Of a stretch of DNA of 64,000 bases, positions 56,956 to 64,000 are shown in pieces. The stretch lies in the sequence record PP885688.1, one strand, 5' to 3'. Within the stretch, counting starts at the first letter, position 1; each line of letters begins with the position of its first letter. Below the pieces are notes generated by a model. That model was given only the letters and a program-made list of their open reading frames with translations. It did not search any database and was not told where the DNA came from. The translations under genes were made by a program, and so were the position numbers.

Positions 56956-57750
56956 ATGAGCAATCGGATTGAGTGCGGTACGTTTCGGGTAGCTGAGGAT
57001 AAGGTCTACCATTACGCGGGCTACGAGTGCGCGGCATGGTCGAAGGACACAGCCGTCAAGGCAGGGAGCTACCCAGTGTTCGCTCTCATCGAGAAGGGCC
57101 ACGTGAAGTATTTCCTCGTCACCCTCCCGGGCGTCATCGTCGAGGACAACTTCCAGAGCCTCTTCGGTGGCATGGCGATCGGGAAGAGCTACGACGCCAA
57201 GCAGAACGCCGGTCAACCCTCCAACGAGCACATCCAGGCGTACGAATACATCGTCTTCGAGTCCATGACCAAGGCCGATAGCCCGTGGTCGATCGATGTC
57301 TCGAAGCTCCCCAACATCGGGGTATGTGTGAACCCCGCCTGCGGATCCTACGTCTCGGTCTACGAGACTCCCCGCCACTGCCCGAGGTGTTCCGTCGCCC
57401 TGGCGGAAGAGGGTAAGGCGAAGATCGAGGCACGGCACTCGTTCCTGCTCGACGCGGCCCACGTCGTACGGCCCACCGAGTTCTCCTCCATTCTCGATTC
57501 CACCATTTATGAATACCAGCGCAACGATAGGTTGGCGGGCTACCACCGCGACCAACTGATCAAAGTGATTGCTGGCCTGCGCAAGGCTGGACCTGAGGGA
57601 AGGAAGGCGGCGAGGGCGAGATACAGCCCTCGGTACCGCCGGGTTGCTGCCCCACCTGTAGCACCGAACACGCACCGTGAAGCCCTGACCGAGTTCATCG
57701 TGAACCTGTCAGAATCCCAGGAGGTAATTCGAGATGCAGTCAAAAACTGA
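56956..57750 (+). CDS. Hypothetical protein with zinc-ribbon-like CVNPAC...HCPRC
   Basis: SD and class 2 promoter upstream. Confidence 0.75.
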   Translation: MSNRIECGTFRVAEDKVYHYAGYECAAWSKDTAVKAGSYPVFALIEKGHVKYFLVTLPGVIVEDNFQSLFGGMAIGKSYDAKQNAGQPSNEHIQAYEYIVFESMTKADSPWSIDVSKLPNIGVCVNPACGSYVSVYETPRHCPRCSVALAEEGKAKIEARHSFLLDAAHVVRPTEFSSILDSTIYEYQRNDRLAGYHRDQLIKVIAGLRKAGPEGRKAARARYSPRYRRVAAPPVAPNTHREALTEFIVNLSESQEVIRDAVKN

Positions 57751-58060
57751 TGTCCCTGTTGTGCTGAACTTTCCTACTCCCAAGCCTGAGCCCGTCTCCG
57801 AGGCCGACCGCGAAGCCGCCGTCCTCCACGACATGATGATCCACGACATATGCAAGGACACCCGCACGGCGCTCCAGGAGCTGCGCCACGGGATCGTGCA
57901 TGTCCTGCTCGACACGCTGGATAAGATGGACCCGGATGAGGCGACGCTCGTCCAGTTGCTAGACGAGCGTCCCAGTGTTGTTCGCGAACTTATGGCAGGA
58001 GAGACCGACGGCCTAACGACGGAAACGTTGACTGAGTACCTAGAGAAGCTTCGCGCTTAG
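57734..58060 (+). CDS. Hypothetical protein
   Basis: GGAGG SD. Confidence 0.6.
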   Translation: MQSKTDVPVVLNFPTPKPEPVSEADREAAVLHDMMIHDICKDTRTALQELRHGIVHVLLDTLDKMDPDEATLVQLLDERPSVVRELMAGETDGLTTETLTEYLEKLRA

Positions 58061-59429
58061 CCTCATCAGTCATCGGTGGGGCGCTGGTGCGAACCGTACC
58101 GGCCCCGCCCGCCGTGCGAACGATTCCTTTCGCTGACCCCGCCTTCAACATGGCGTCGACGTAGTCGTCACCGAACTCTTTCCTCTGTTGCTCGATGAAG
58201 GCATCCTCTTCGGCTTCGAAGATAGCAACCAACTCAGGGTCTCCGCCGGTGGCTTCATAGGCTCGCAGTGACGCCGCATCTGTCGGCTTGGCGATCGGCT
58301 TATCCCATCCTTCCCAGAAGCCACGCTCGGCCTCTGGAAGCGTGTTGATGTCGAAGGCTGGCCGGAAGATAGGCTGGTCTGCTGGGCCCGACTTCGCTGG
58401 ACCTACTTCAGGGTCACCTTCATAGCGAACCAGTGCACGATCCCATGGCGACACGTGAGAGAGATCGCTTCCACGCTTGACTGGTGTGCGGTCGACATCC
58501 TGATTCAGAGCTGGAGCGGCGGCACCAAACTTCAAGATGGTGCCTGGAGGCAGATCCATCACGTTGATGTGCTTGTTCCCGTTCGTGCCCAGGTCAACGA
58601 CGCCTTCGCCGGTCTTGCTGAAGTCCTTCGCGTTGGCTGAGACGTGCTCGGTCGGAGGGATGTACTCTCTGCGAGTCCGGCGGCGGATTGGCTTCTCAGG
58701 ATTACCGGCGAGCTCCGACGTCAGCATGCCACGGACCTCGGCGAGAGCGTCTTGCATAGACAAGCTGTCGAAGCGTCTCTCTTCCCGGCTGATGACACCG
58801 GTCGAGATGTATGGATTGTCGTCGACCACTGGTGAAATTTCTGCGTGTGTGCCTTCCTCGTAGGTGTTACCATCCGGCCCAGGGAAAATAGTTTCACCGA
58901 ACGGACTGGAGAGCTCGGAAGGGTCGGCAGCCCTGAGAGTACCGGGCTCTCCGTTGACCATCGGTGAGGTAGGTAGGAAGGCCTTGTAGGTATCAATGAA
59001 GGACTCCTCAGGGACTGACTGAATCGTCTCTCTCACCGTGATACCTTCGGCGTCATACTTCAGCGTTCCATCCAGCTCTGCCGCCCTCATGAAGCCATGG
59101 GGCTGAGTCGGAGATACGAGATACAGCAACGCAGCGCCCAAGCCCATCTCTCCATCCTTCATCGTCTCGATCACCTCGACCAGGCCGCGAATCAGACGAA
59201 CAGTAGCGCAGTCGGTGCAGGCATAGCCCAGCCCATCGACGGGATAGCCGAAGCGGATCCGCGTCTGGCATCTGGCCACAAAGCAGCGTGTCTCACTCTC
59301 GATCGCGTAGGGTTTTTCGAGGAGGTCCGACGGGAACGTGCCGGTCAGGATCGCATCACGCAGTTCTGCGTAACGCTTTTCTGTGATGAGTTCTTTGGTT
59401 GGCGATGTGCCCGCCGGACGCATGGTCAT
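57990..59429 (-). CDS. Hypothetical protein (479 aa)
   Basis: Long ORF; 3' end overlaps the convergent + gene by 71 bp. Confidence 0.7.
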   Translation of the reverse strand: MTMRPAGTSPTKELITEKRYAELRDAILTGTFPSDLLEKPYAIESETRCFVARCQTRIRFGYPVDGLGYACTDCATVRLIRGLVEVIETMKDGEMGLGAALLYLVSPTQPHGFMRAAELDGTLKYDAEGITVRETIQSVPEESFIDTYKAFLPTSPMVNGEPGTLRAADPSELSSPFGETIFPGPDGNTYEEGTHAEISPVVDDNPYISTGVISREERRFDSLSMQDALAEVRGMLTSELAGNPEKPIRRRTRREYIPPTEHVSANAKDFSKTGEGVVDLGTNGNKHINVMDLPPGTILKFGAAAPALNQDVDRTPVKRGSDLSHVSPWDRALVRYEGDPEVGPAKSGPADQPIFRPAFDINTLPEAERGFWEGWDKPIAKPTDAASLRAYEATGGDPELVAIFEAEEDAFIEQQRKEFGDDYVDAMLKAGSAKGIVRTAGGAGTVRTSAPPMTDEAKREASLGTQSTFPSLGRRSLLP

Positions 59430-59704
59430 TCTGAATCCTTCCCACTGAGTTCGCGAATCCAGGCCTGGCGGTCTGCTTCGAGGTCCTTGTTGAGTTTTCG
59501 AGTGATGAGGATCGCCGCTACCGCAAGGACGATGCCGAAGATGAAGTCAAAGAGGGAGCGCTTGAGCATCCCCAGGGCGAAGTACGATAGGCCGAGGACG
59601 AAGGCCGCGAAGACCCACAGCCGCAGAATGCGCAGGCTGAAGGTCCACTCGTACAGGTGGTCACGAAACACGATGCCGATCGCTAACTCATGCCTCTGTG
59701 ACAC
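59426..59704 (-). CDS. Two-TM membrane protein
   Basis: Two hydrophobic helices; overlapping start/stop. Confidence 0.65.
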   Translation of the reverse strand: MSQRHELAIGIVFRDHLYEWTFSLRILRLWVFAAFVLGLSYFALGMLKRSLFDFIFGIVLAVAAILITRKLNKDLEADRQAWIRELSGKDSE

Positions 59705-60161
59705 GGTTCACCTCCAGCCACTGACGTCCTGCAGGGGTGAGCGTGTAGGCCAGCTTGTAGGAGCCCTGGTGAAGGACCTTGCCGAACTCGTGGACGAACT
59801 TGAGATTGGTGACGAGCTCCTTCATCCGAGTCGACGCCGAGCTGAGAGGTACGTTCGAGCGGAGAGAGATCTGGTCTGCACAGAGAGCGAAGTCTCCGGC
59901 CTGGGCGAGCACGCGAAGGATGGCACGCTTCTGGCGTGACACGTTGACCTTGGCTGCAGCGATGACGGAGGTCTCACGGTCGCCGGAGTGAGCGGATCCG
60001 GCTCCATTGCGGGCAGCGGAGCGGGCACGGCGGCTCGTGTAGTTCTTGTCGAGCTGTTCTTCAATGGCGGACCGCAGCTTGACTGGGTCGGTGATAGCGA
60101 TAACGGCGAGGATCTGGGCGGCTACTGCATCGTTGCGGAGTGGAGCATTCAAGGTGGACAT
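59688..60161 (-). CDS. Winged-helix DNA-binding protein
   Basis: ILRVL...LCADQIS...VPLSSASTRMKELV...YTLT; leaderless after class 1 promoter. Confidence 0.7.
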   Translation of the reverse strand: MSTLNAPLRNDAVAAQILAVIAITDPVKLRSAIEEQLDKNYTSRRARSAARNGAGSAHSGDRETSVIAAAKVNVSRQKRAILRVLAQAGDFALCADQISLRSNVPLSSASTRMKELVTNLKFVHEFGKVLHQGSYKLAYTLTPAGRQWLEVNRVTEA

Positions 60162-60166
60162 GTGGG

Positions 60167-60199
60167 GTAATACCGTTCCCGCATGCCCGACCCTGAATA
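60167..60199 (-). promoter_or_regulatory. Class 1 promoter (TATT-N20-CGGTATTAC), leaderless
   Basis: Motif match; ATG 5 nt downstream. Confidence 0.75.
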
Positions 60200-60209
60200 T
60201 CGGTAGGAA

Positions 60210-60416
60210 TTATTTCTGCAGGCTGAGGTAGTTCACTTCGACGCGCTCGTGATGAATACCGTCGTCGGTTTTGATCATCAGGTCACACTGCAGGTCCTTG
60301 CCCGCTTCGATAGTGAGCTGGATGCCGACGATGCCCTCGATCTTCTGGCCGGAGAGCTGCTCGCGGACCCAGGTGTGGCCTATGGAGACATCTCCACTGA
60401 TGCTTACTGTGCGCAT
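60210..60416 (-). CDS. Hypothetical protein
   Basis: AAGGAAG SD. Confidence 0.65.
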   Translation of the reverse strand: MRTVSISGDVSIGHTWVREQLSGQKIEGIVGIQLTIEAGKDLQCDLMIKTDDGIHHERVEVNYLSLQK

Positions 60417-60427
60417 GATTCTTCCTT

Positions 60428-60531
60428 TGTTCTATCTTTGTTCGGGTTTTCGGTTTGTTCGTACAGTACGAACACGGGCTGTTCACGAACAGGCCTCGTT
60501 CACGTAACGTGAACAAGCGGTTTGAGTGAAC
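60428..60531. promoter_or_regulatory. GTTC/GAAC palindromic operator array
   Basis: TGTTCGTAC-A-GTACGAACA, CTGTTC-AC-GAACAG, GTTCACGT-A-ACGTGAAC, plus GTTC-N7-GTTC at 60429-60443. Confidence 0.65.
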
Positions 60532-60533
60532 GG

Positions 60534-60875
60534 CTACTTGGCTGTGGGCTTTGCGTCTGGTGCCTGCTCTGCACGATTCGGTGGGCTGACCTTGCGGCGC
60601 AAGCCGGTACCGAGCTCGTTGAAGTAGAGGACGCCTTCGTAGTCATCCGGCTGACCATCAGCAACCCACGTCTTCAACACCGCGCCGGTCATCGAGAGCT
60701 GCGTGACGATGTAAGGATCGTGCTGCTGGTGATCGAGGTAGGCATCCCGCTTGGCGTCGTCGGCATATTGCTTCAGCACGGCTGGGTCTGGTGGCTTGCG
60801 ATACTCGTAGGTGCCGAACGAGGCGACAGCTGCACCCACGGCGAGAGCGGCGATGCGTGTGTAGAGTGTGCGCAT
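60534..60875 (-). CDS. Membrane-anchored/secreted hypothetical protein
   Basis: N-terminal hydrophobic segment. Confidence 0.6.
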   Translation of the reverse strand: MRTLYTRIAALAVGAAVASFGTYEYRKPPDPAVLKQYADDAKRDAYLDHQQHDPYIVTQLSMTGAVLKTWVADGQPDDYEGVLYFNELGTGLRRKVSPPNRAEQAPDAKPTAK

Positions 60876-61102
60876 CAGTCGAACCAGACCGTGAGGAACT
60901 TATAGACGCCGATGACTAGGAATAGGCAGTAGGTCAACGAGTGGTAGCGACCCTGCGGATGGAGCGCGACGAGGACAATGAAGTAGATGACCCCGATCGC
61001 GAGAGCCCAGACAATCGTGCGGACGACGCGCGAGTAGAGCAGGTAGTCGAGCGCCTTGAGGATGTTATGAATCACGGCGAAACCTCCGTAGGTAGGGAAC
61101 AA
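60875..61102 (-). CDS. Small two-TM protein
   Basis: Hydrophobic helices; start uncertain. Confidence 0.55.
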   Translation of the reverse strand: MFPTYGGFAVIHNILKALDYLLYSRVVRTIVWALAIGVIYFIVLVALHPQGRYHSLTYCLFLVIGVYKFLTVWFD

Positions 61103-61292
61103 TCACCGGGACGAACATGAACAGTGCGACCCAGAGAGAGCTCGTGGAAAAGTGAACGTGGAGCTTGTGAAACCTGAACACGATATGGATCAGGCTGTTG
61201 CTGAAGAGCATCACCAGGTAGAGGGTCACGTAGCTCACCGTCACGAGGAGGCGAGCTACGGATTTGCCATAGATGAACCGCAGCCCGGCCAC
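61065..61292 (-). CDS. Small two-TM protein
   Basis: Hydrophobic helices; coupled start. Confidence 0.55.
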   Translation of the reverse strand: MAGLRFIYGKSVARLLVTVSYVTLYLVMLFSNSLIHIVFRFHKLHVHFSTSSLWVALFMFVPVIVPYLRRFRRDS

Positions 61293-62053
61293 TACTCGAC
61301 CGGTCCGATAGCGACGCCCGCAGCGACTTTCAGCGCGAGACGTTTCTTGAAGTGCTCGACCGGCAGTGAGAGAACCCGCTCGATCTCGTTCTTCTGGATC
61401 TCTTCGAGGTCGAGGCCATAGGACTCCGCCAGAGCCAGGAGCGTCATGCTGAGGCCTGCGAGCTCCTGCGGGACCTCGCCGACAGGACGACCGTAGACGT
61501 AGAGAGCGAGCTCGATGACCTTCTCAAAAGGGAGACCACAGGCCTGGGCCAGTTCGATCGCCTCTTCGAGGACGCGGCGGCTGCGCTCGGACCCATTCGT
61601 GAAGGACGCCTCACCGAAGCAACGCAGAACCCAGTCACCAATGATCTGTTGAATGGACATCGACTTCGGCCACTCTTCCATCAGGATCTGGTTGACCAGA
61701 CGCGCACCAGCTTCGAGTGACTCGACCTGGGTCAGCTTGTCATGCAGGATTGCGGTGGGCAGCAGACCGCTCAGATCGCCGACGACAACCACGCGGGTGC
61801 CCTGGGCGAGAGCTGCGCCGATCTCCAGAAGGCCGCCCTTGAGGACTTCGCCTTCATTGACAAGCACGAACACGACGGCTGCGGATGCGGCCTCTTTCAG
61901 ATAGCGCGGCCAGGCCTCTGCGAAGTTGATCTCTTCCGGGCCTCCGTCGTCGATCCACGAGGAGATGATGGGAAAGCTGTGCTCACGCATCTTGCGCCAC
62001 AACGGGGCGTGCGTGATCTTCGAAACGACGTAGACTCCCTGCTTACCTGCCAC
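61292..62053 (-). CDS. Nucleoside deoxyribosyltransferase-like N-domain fused to MazG-like NTP-PPase
   Basis: VYVVS...GGLLEIGAALAQG..VVVVG; VLEEAIEL...QELAG..MTLLALA..YGLDL. Confidence 0.6.
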   Translation of the reverse strand: MAGKQGVYVVSKITHAPLWRKMREHSFPIISSWIDDGGPEEINFAEAWPRYLKEAASAAVVFVLVNEGEVLKGGLLEIGAALAQGTRVVVVGDLSGLLPTAILHDKLTQVESLEAGARLVNQILMEEWPKSMSIQQIIGDWVLRCFGEASFTNGSERSRRVLEEAIELAQACGLPFEKVIELALYVYGRPVGEVPQELAGLSMTLLALAESYGLDLEEIQKNEIERVLSLPVEHFKKRLALKVAAGVAIGPVE

Positions 62054-62696
62054 TTGGAACCTCCAGAAACTTGATGATTGGTGCGTTGTTGATCACGTAC
62101 GCCTCGTTCATCGCGGCGCAGTTTACGAACTCTGTGTTGGGGAAGATGGTGGTGCGCTGCTCGCCATAACTTCCGTGGATATGGCCGAAGATGTGGAGCC
62201 GAGGCTTGACGCGGTTGATCGCAAGCAGCAGCTCATCGCATCCCAGGTGCTCTCCACCGGGCCGTAGCTGGTCACGGAGGCCGAGAGCAGGCCCATGGGT
62301 GATCAGCACGTCGGTGTCGTTGGGAATGCGGTCCCAGAAGCGGCGGATAGGTAGACCACGCGGCACGTTGAAGGCCCAGTTCATGAACTCGGGCTGTTGG
62401 GGGGAACCGTAGAACTTGATGCCCTCGATCTCGACGCCGGAGTTCTCCAGATAGATCGCACTGGTGAGGAAGCTGCGGGCGTACGAGTTCTGTCTCTCAA
62501 AGAGAATGTCGTGGTTGCCCGCGATGACGATCTTGTGGCGGTGGGGCTGACTGGCAAGCCACTGGTTGAAGTCCCAGATCTCGTCCGCCACTCGACCGGA
62601 GAGCATGAAGTCTCCGGCGTGAATGAGAACGTCGCCTTCCGGGATTTGAGTCAGGCGGTGAGACCCGTGTGTGTCGCTGATGCAAACGATGCGCAT
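62043..62696 (-). CDS. Metallophosphoesterase (MPPED/239FB-like)
   Basis: ISDTH, HAGD, IAGNHD, LITHGP, HIFGHIH. Confidence 0.9.
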   Translation of the reverse strand: MRIVCISDTHGSHRLTQIPEGDVLIHAGDFMLSGRVADEIWDFNQWLASQPHRHKIVIAGNHDILFERQNSYARSFLTSAIYLENSGVEIEGIKFYGSPQQPEFMNWAFNVPRGLPIRRFWDRIPNDTDVLITHGPALGLRDQLRPGGEHLGCDELLLAINRVKPRLHIFGHIHGSYGEQRTTIFPNTEFVNCAAMNEAYVINNAPIIKFLEVPSGR

Positions 62697-62751
62697 GGTG
62701 AGACCTCGTGCTGGAGGTCGGCTGCACCAAAACGCATCGGCCTCTCCATGG

Positions 62752-62784
62752 CTAATACCCACGCGAGAGGCCGATCCTGGATTA
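62752..62784 (-). promoter_or_regulatory. Class 1 promoter (TAAT-N20-GGGTATTAG)
   Basis: Motif match. Confidence 0.8.
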
Positions 62785-62801
62785 TCGAAATGCTTTAATT
62801 T

Positions 62802-63416
62802 TTACGAGAGGAAGTTGTCCATCTGTTGTGTAGCGATTCCGGTCAGTTTGACACTCGCCTTCTTGACCGAGGCGACCTGACGCTGGCCTTCGAGGGTGAC
62901 TGGCTCCTTCGCTACAGGCTGCGTCGCCGGGACGGGATCGCGCGGGACGATCACATCGGCATCGACTGCGCCGCCACGGAAGCCGTGCTGCTTGAGGAAC
63001 TCATCCAGCCAGCTGTCGCTATCGGACAGAGCCAGGGTATCGAAGTCGTTGATCGTGACGCTGACGCCACCGTTACGCGCGTAGAGCCACTTGGTGCGAG
63101 TGTCATCGTTGCCAGCGCGGTAGGCGAACTCCTCGTTCTTGAGGACGACGCCGGAGCCGGTCAACAGGTCGATGGTCTCTCCACGGAAAGGGATGGCAAG
63201 AGCCACCTCGGTAGCCTTGGGGACAGTCTTGCCATCGGTCTCTTCCTCGTAGTCGCGCTCCAGTTCATCATTCGCCGCAGCGAGAACCGAATCCTTGATC
63301 GTGATGCCATACAGGAAGAAGCTTTCGTTGCTGCTATCTTCGGTCAGACGTTCGACAAGGGCCAGCCCAGGACGGGCAGACTGCAGTTCTTCTTCGGTAA
63401 CGGTAAAGTAGCGCAT
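62802..63416 (-). CDS. Hypothetical protein
   Basis: AGGAGAGG SD before ATG 63416. Confidence 0.7.
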   Translation of the reverse strand: MRYFTVTEEELQSARPGLALVERLTEDSSNESFFLYGITIKDSVLAAANDELERDYEEETDGKTVPKATEVALAIPFRGETIDLLTGSGVVLKNEEFAYRAGNDDTRTKWLYARNGGVSVTINDFDTLALSDSDSWLDEFLKQHGFRGGAVDADVIVPRDPVPATQPVAKEPVTLEGQRQVASVKKASVKLTGIATQQMDNFLS

Positions 63417-63432
63417 GGGTTGAGAACCTCTC

Positions 63433-64000
63433 CTATAAGGAAAGGGATAGTTGTTTGGCATCCCAGAGGTGTTGGAACACCCGGATGGACTGCTGCTTGA
63501 GGAGGTCCAGGTCGCCGTCGGGGATCTGGAGATGAACCTCGAACGGGGCACCATCCAGCTCGGTCTCGGACACGTGGGCCGGTACGCCGGACTCGAAGTT
63601 CAGGCGTTCCACCTTGATCCGTGTGCCCATCAGCTCGCCAATGAGGTGGAACTCGTTCCAGAAGCGCATGTCCCGGAAGAACAGGACATCAGCTCCATCG
63701 CGACGGGCCTCCTCGACCAGAGCCCGGCCCTTGGAGGTCCAGTACTGCGGATCCTGGGCGCGGCGGTACTCGGTACCCCACCACTGGAGCAGGACGCGCT
63801 GCTTGCCCCATGGGTAGGTCTCATCTTCCGGGGCGTTGGGATCGTAGGGCTGGTTGTAGAAGTCGCAGACCAGCTCCAGAGCCCGGTGCCCGTTGAAGAG
63901 TCGATGTGGGTAAGTACGTTCCCAGATTTTGAAGGCCTCATCGGTCACCTCCGCACGAAGCGGATCAGCGAACGAGTGTAGCCGGATGTCTAAAGTTTCA
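63433..64000 (-). CDS. Deoxynucleoside monophosphate kinase (5' end outside window)
   Basis: SFADPLRAEV, RVLLQWWGTEYRR, DMRFWNE, HVSE; frame open to the window edge. Confidence 0.85.
   Translation of the reverse strand, partial: ETLDIRLHSFADPLRAEVTDEAFKIWERTYPHRLFNGHRALELVCDFYNQPYDPNAPEDETYPWGKQRVLLQWWGTEYRRAQDPQYWTSKGRALVEEARRDGADVLFFRDMRFWNEFHLIGELMGTRIKVERLNFESGVPAHVSETELDGAPFEVHLQIPDGDLDLLKQQSIRVFQHLWDAKQLSLSL

Noticed and set aside
1-64000. Stop-codon reassignment, tRNAs, CRISPR array, DGR, integrase
   Set aside because: Known genes are full length in the standard code with TAA/TAG/TGA all used as stops; no cloverleaf, repeat-spacer array, reverse transcriptase or recombinase motif seen

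Overview
A 64-kb, GC-rich segment of a large tailed dsDNA bacteriophage (probably jumbo). The window opens on the terminase large subunit GTG, so the genome may have been rotated to start at terL. Structural genes (terL, portal, Ig/PKD virion protein, collagen-like fibre, four tandem paralogues, GT2 glycosyltransferase) are interleaved with replication genes (family-A polymerase, split DnaG-type primase, beta-clamp-like protein, DnaX, Rad50 C-half, WGR ligase) and nucleotide or host-takeover genes (dUTPase, dCMP deaminase, double ThyX, dNMP kinase, PhoH, peptide deformylase, DUF4942 methyltransferase, PAPS-reductase family). Coding strand: + 1-37057, - 37023-44391, + 44490-58060, - 57990-64000. 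The main result is an apparently undescribed transcription programme read directly from the DNA. It has 15 copies of TAWT-like-N20-GGGTATTA(G/C) and 9 copies of (AAAK)TCATCTTT-N15-GTAGGTTGA, both with invariant spacers and many in front of leaderless start codons. A sigma-70-like gene and a NusG paralogue accompany them. Also notable: a GTTC/GAAC palindromic operator array, a 27-bp repeat bounding a gene cassette, a dCMP deaminase fused to carbohydrate-binding repeats, and two structured intergenic regions. No tRNA, rRNA, CRISPR array, integrase or transposase was recognised. All protein assignments come from motif recognition by eye, with no database search.
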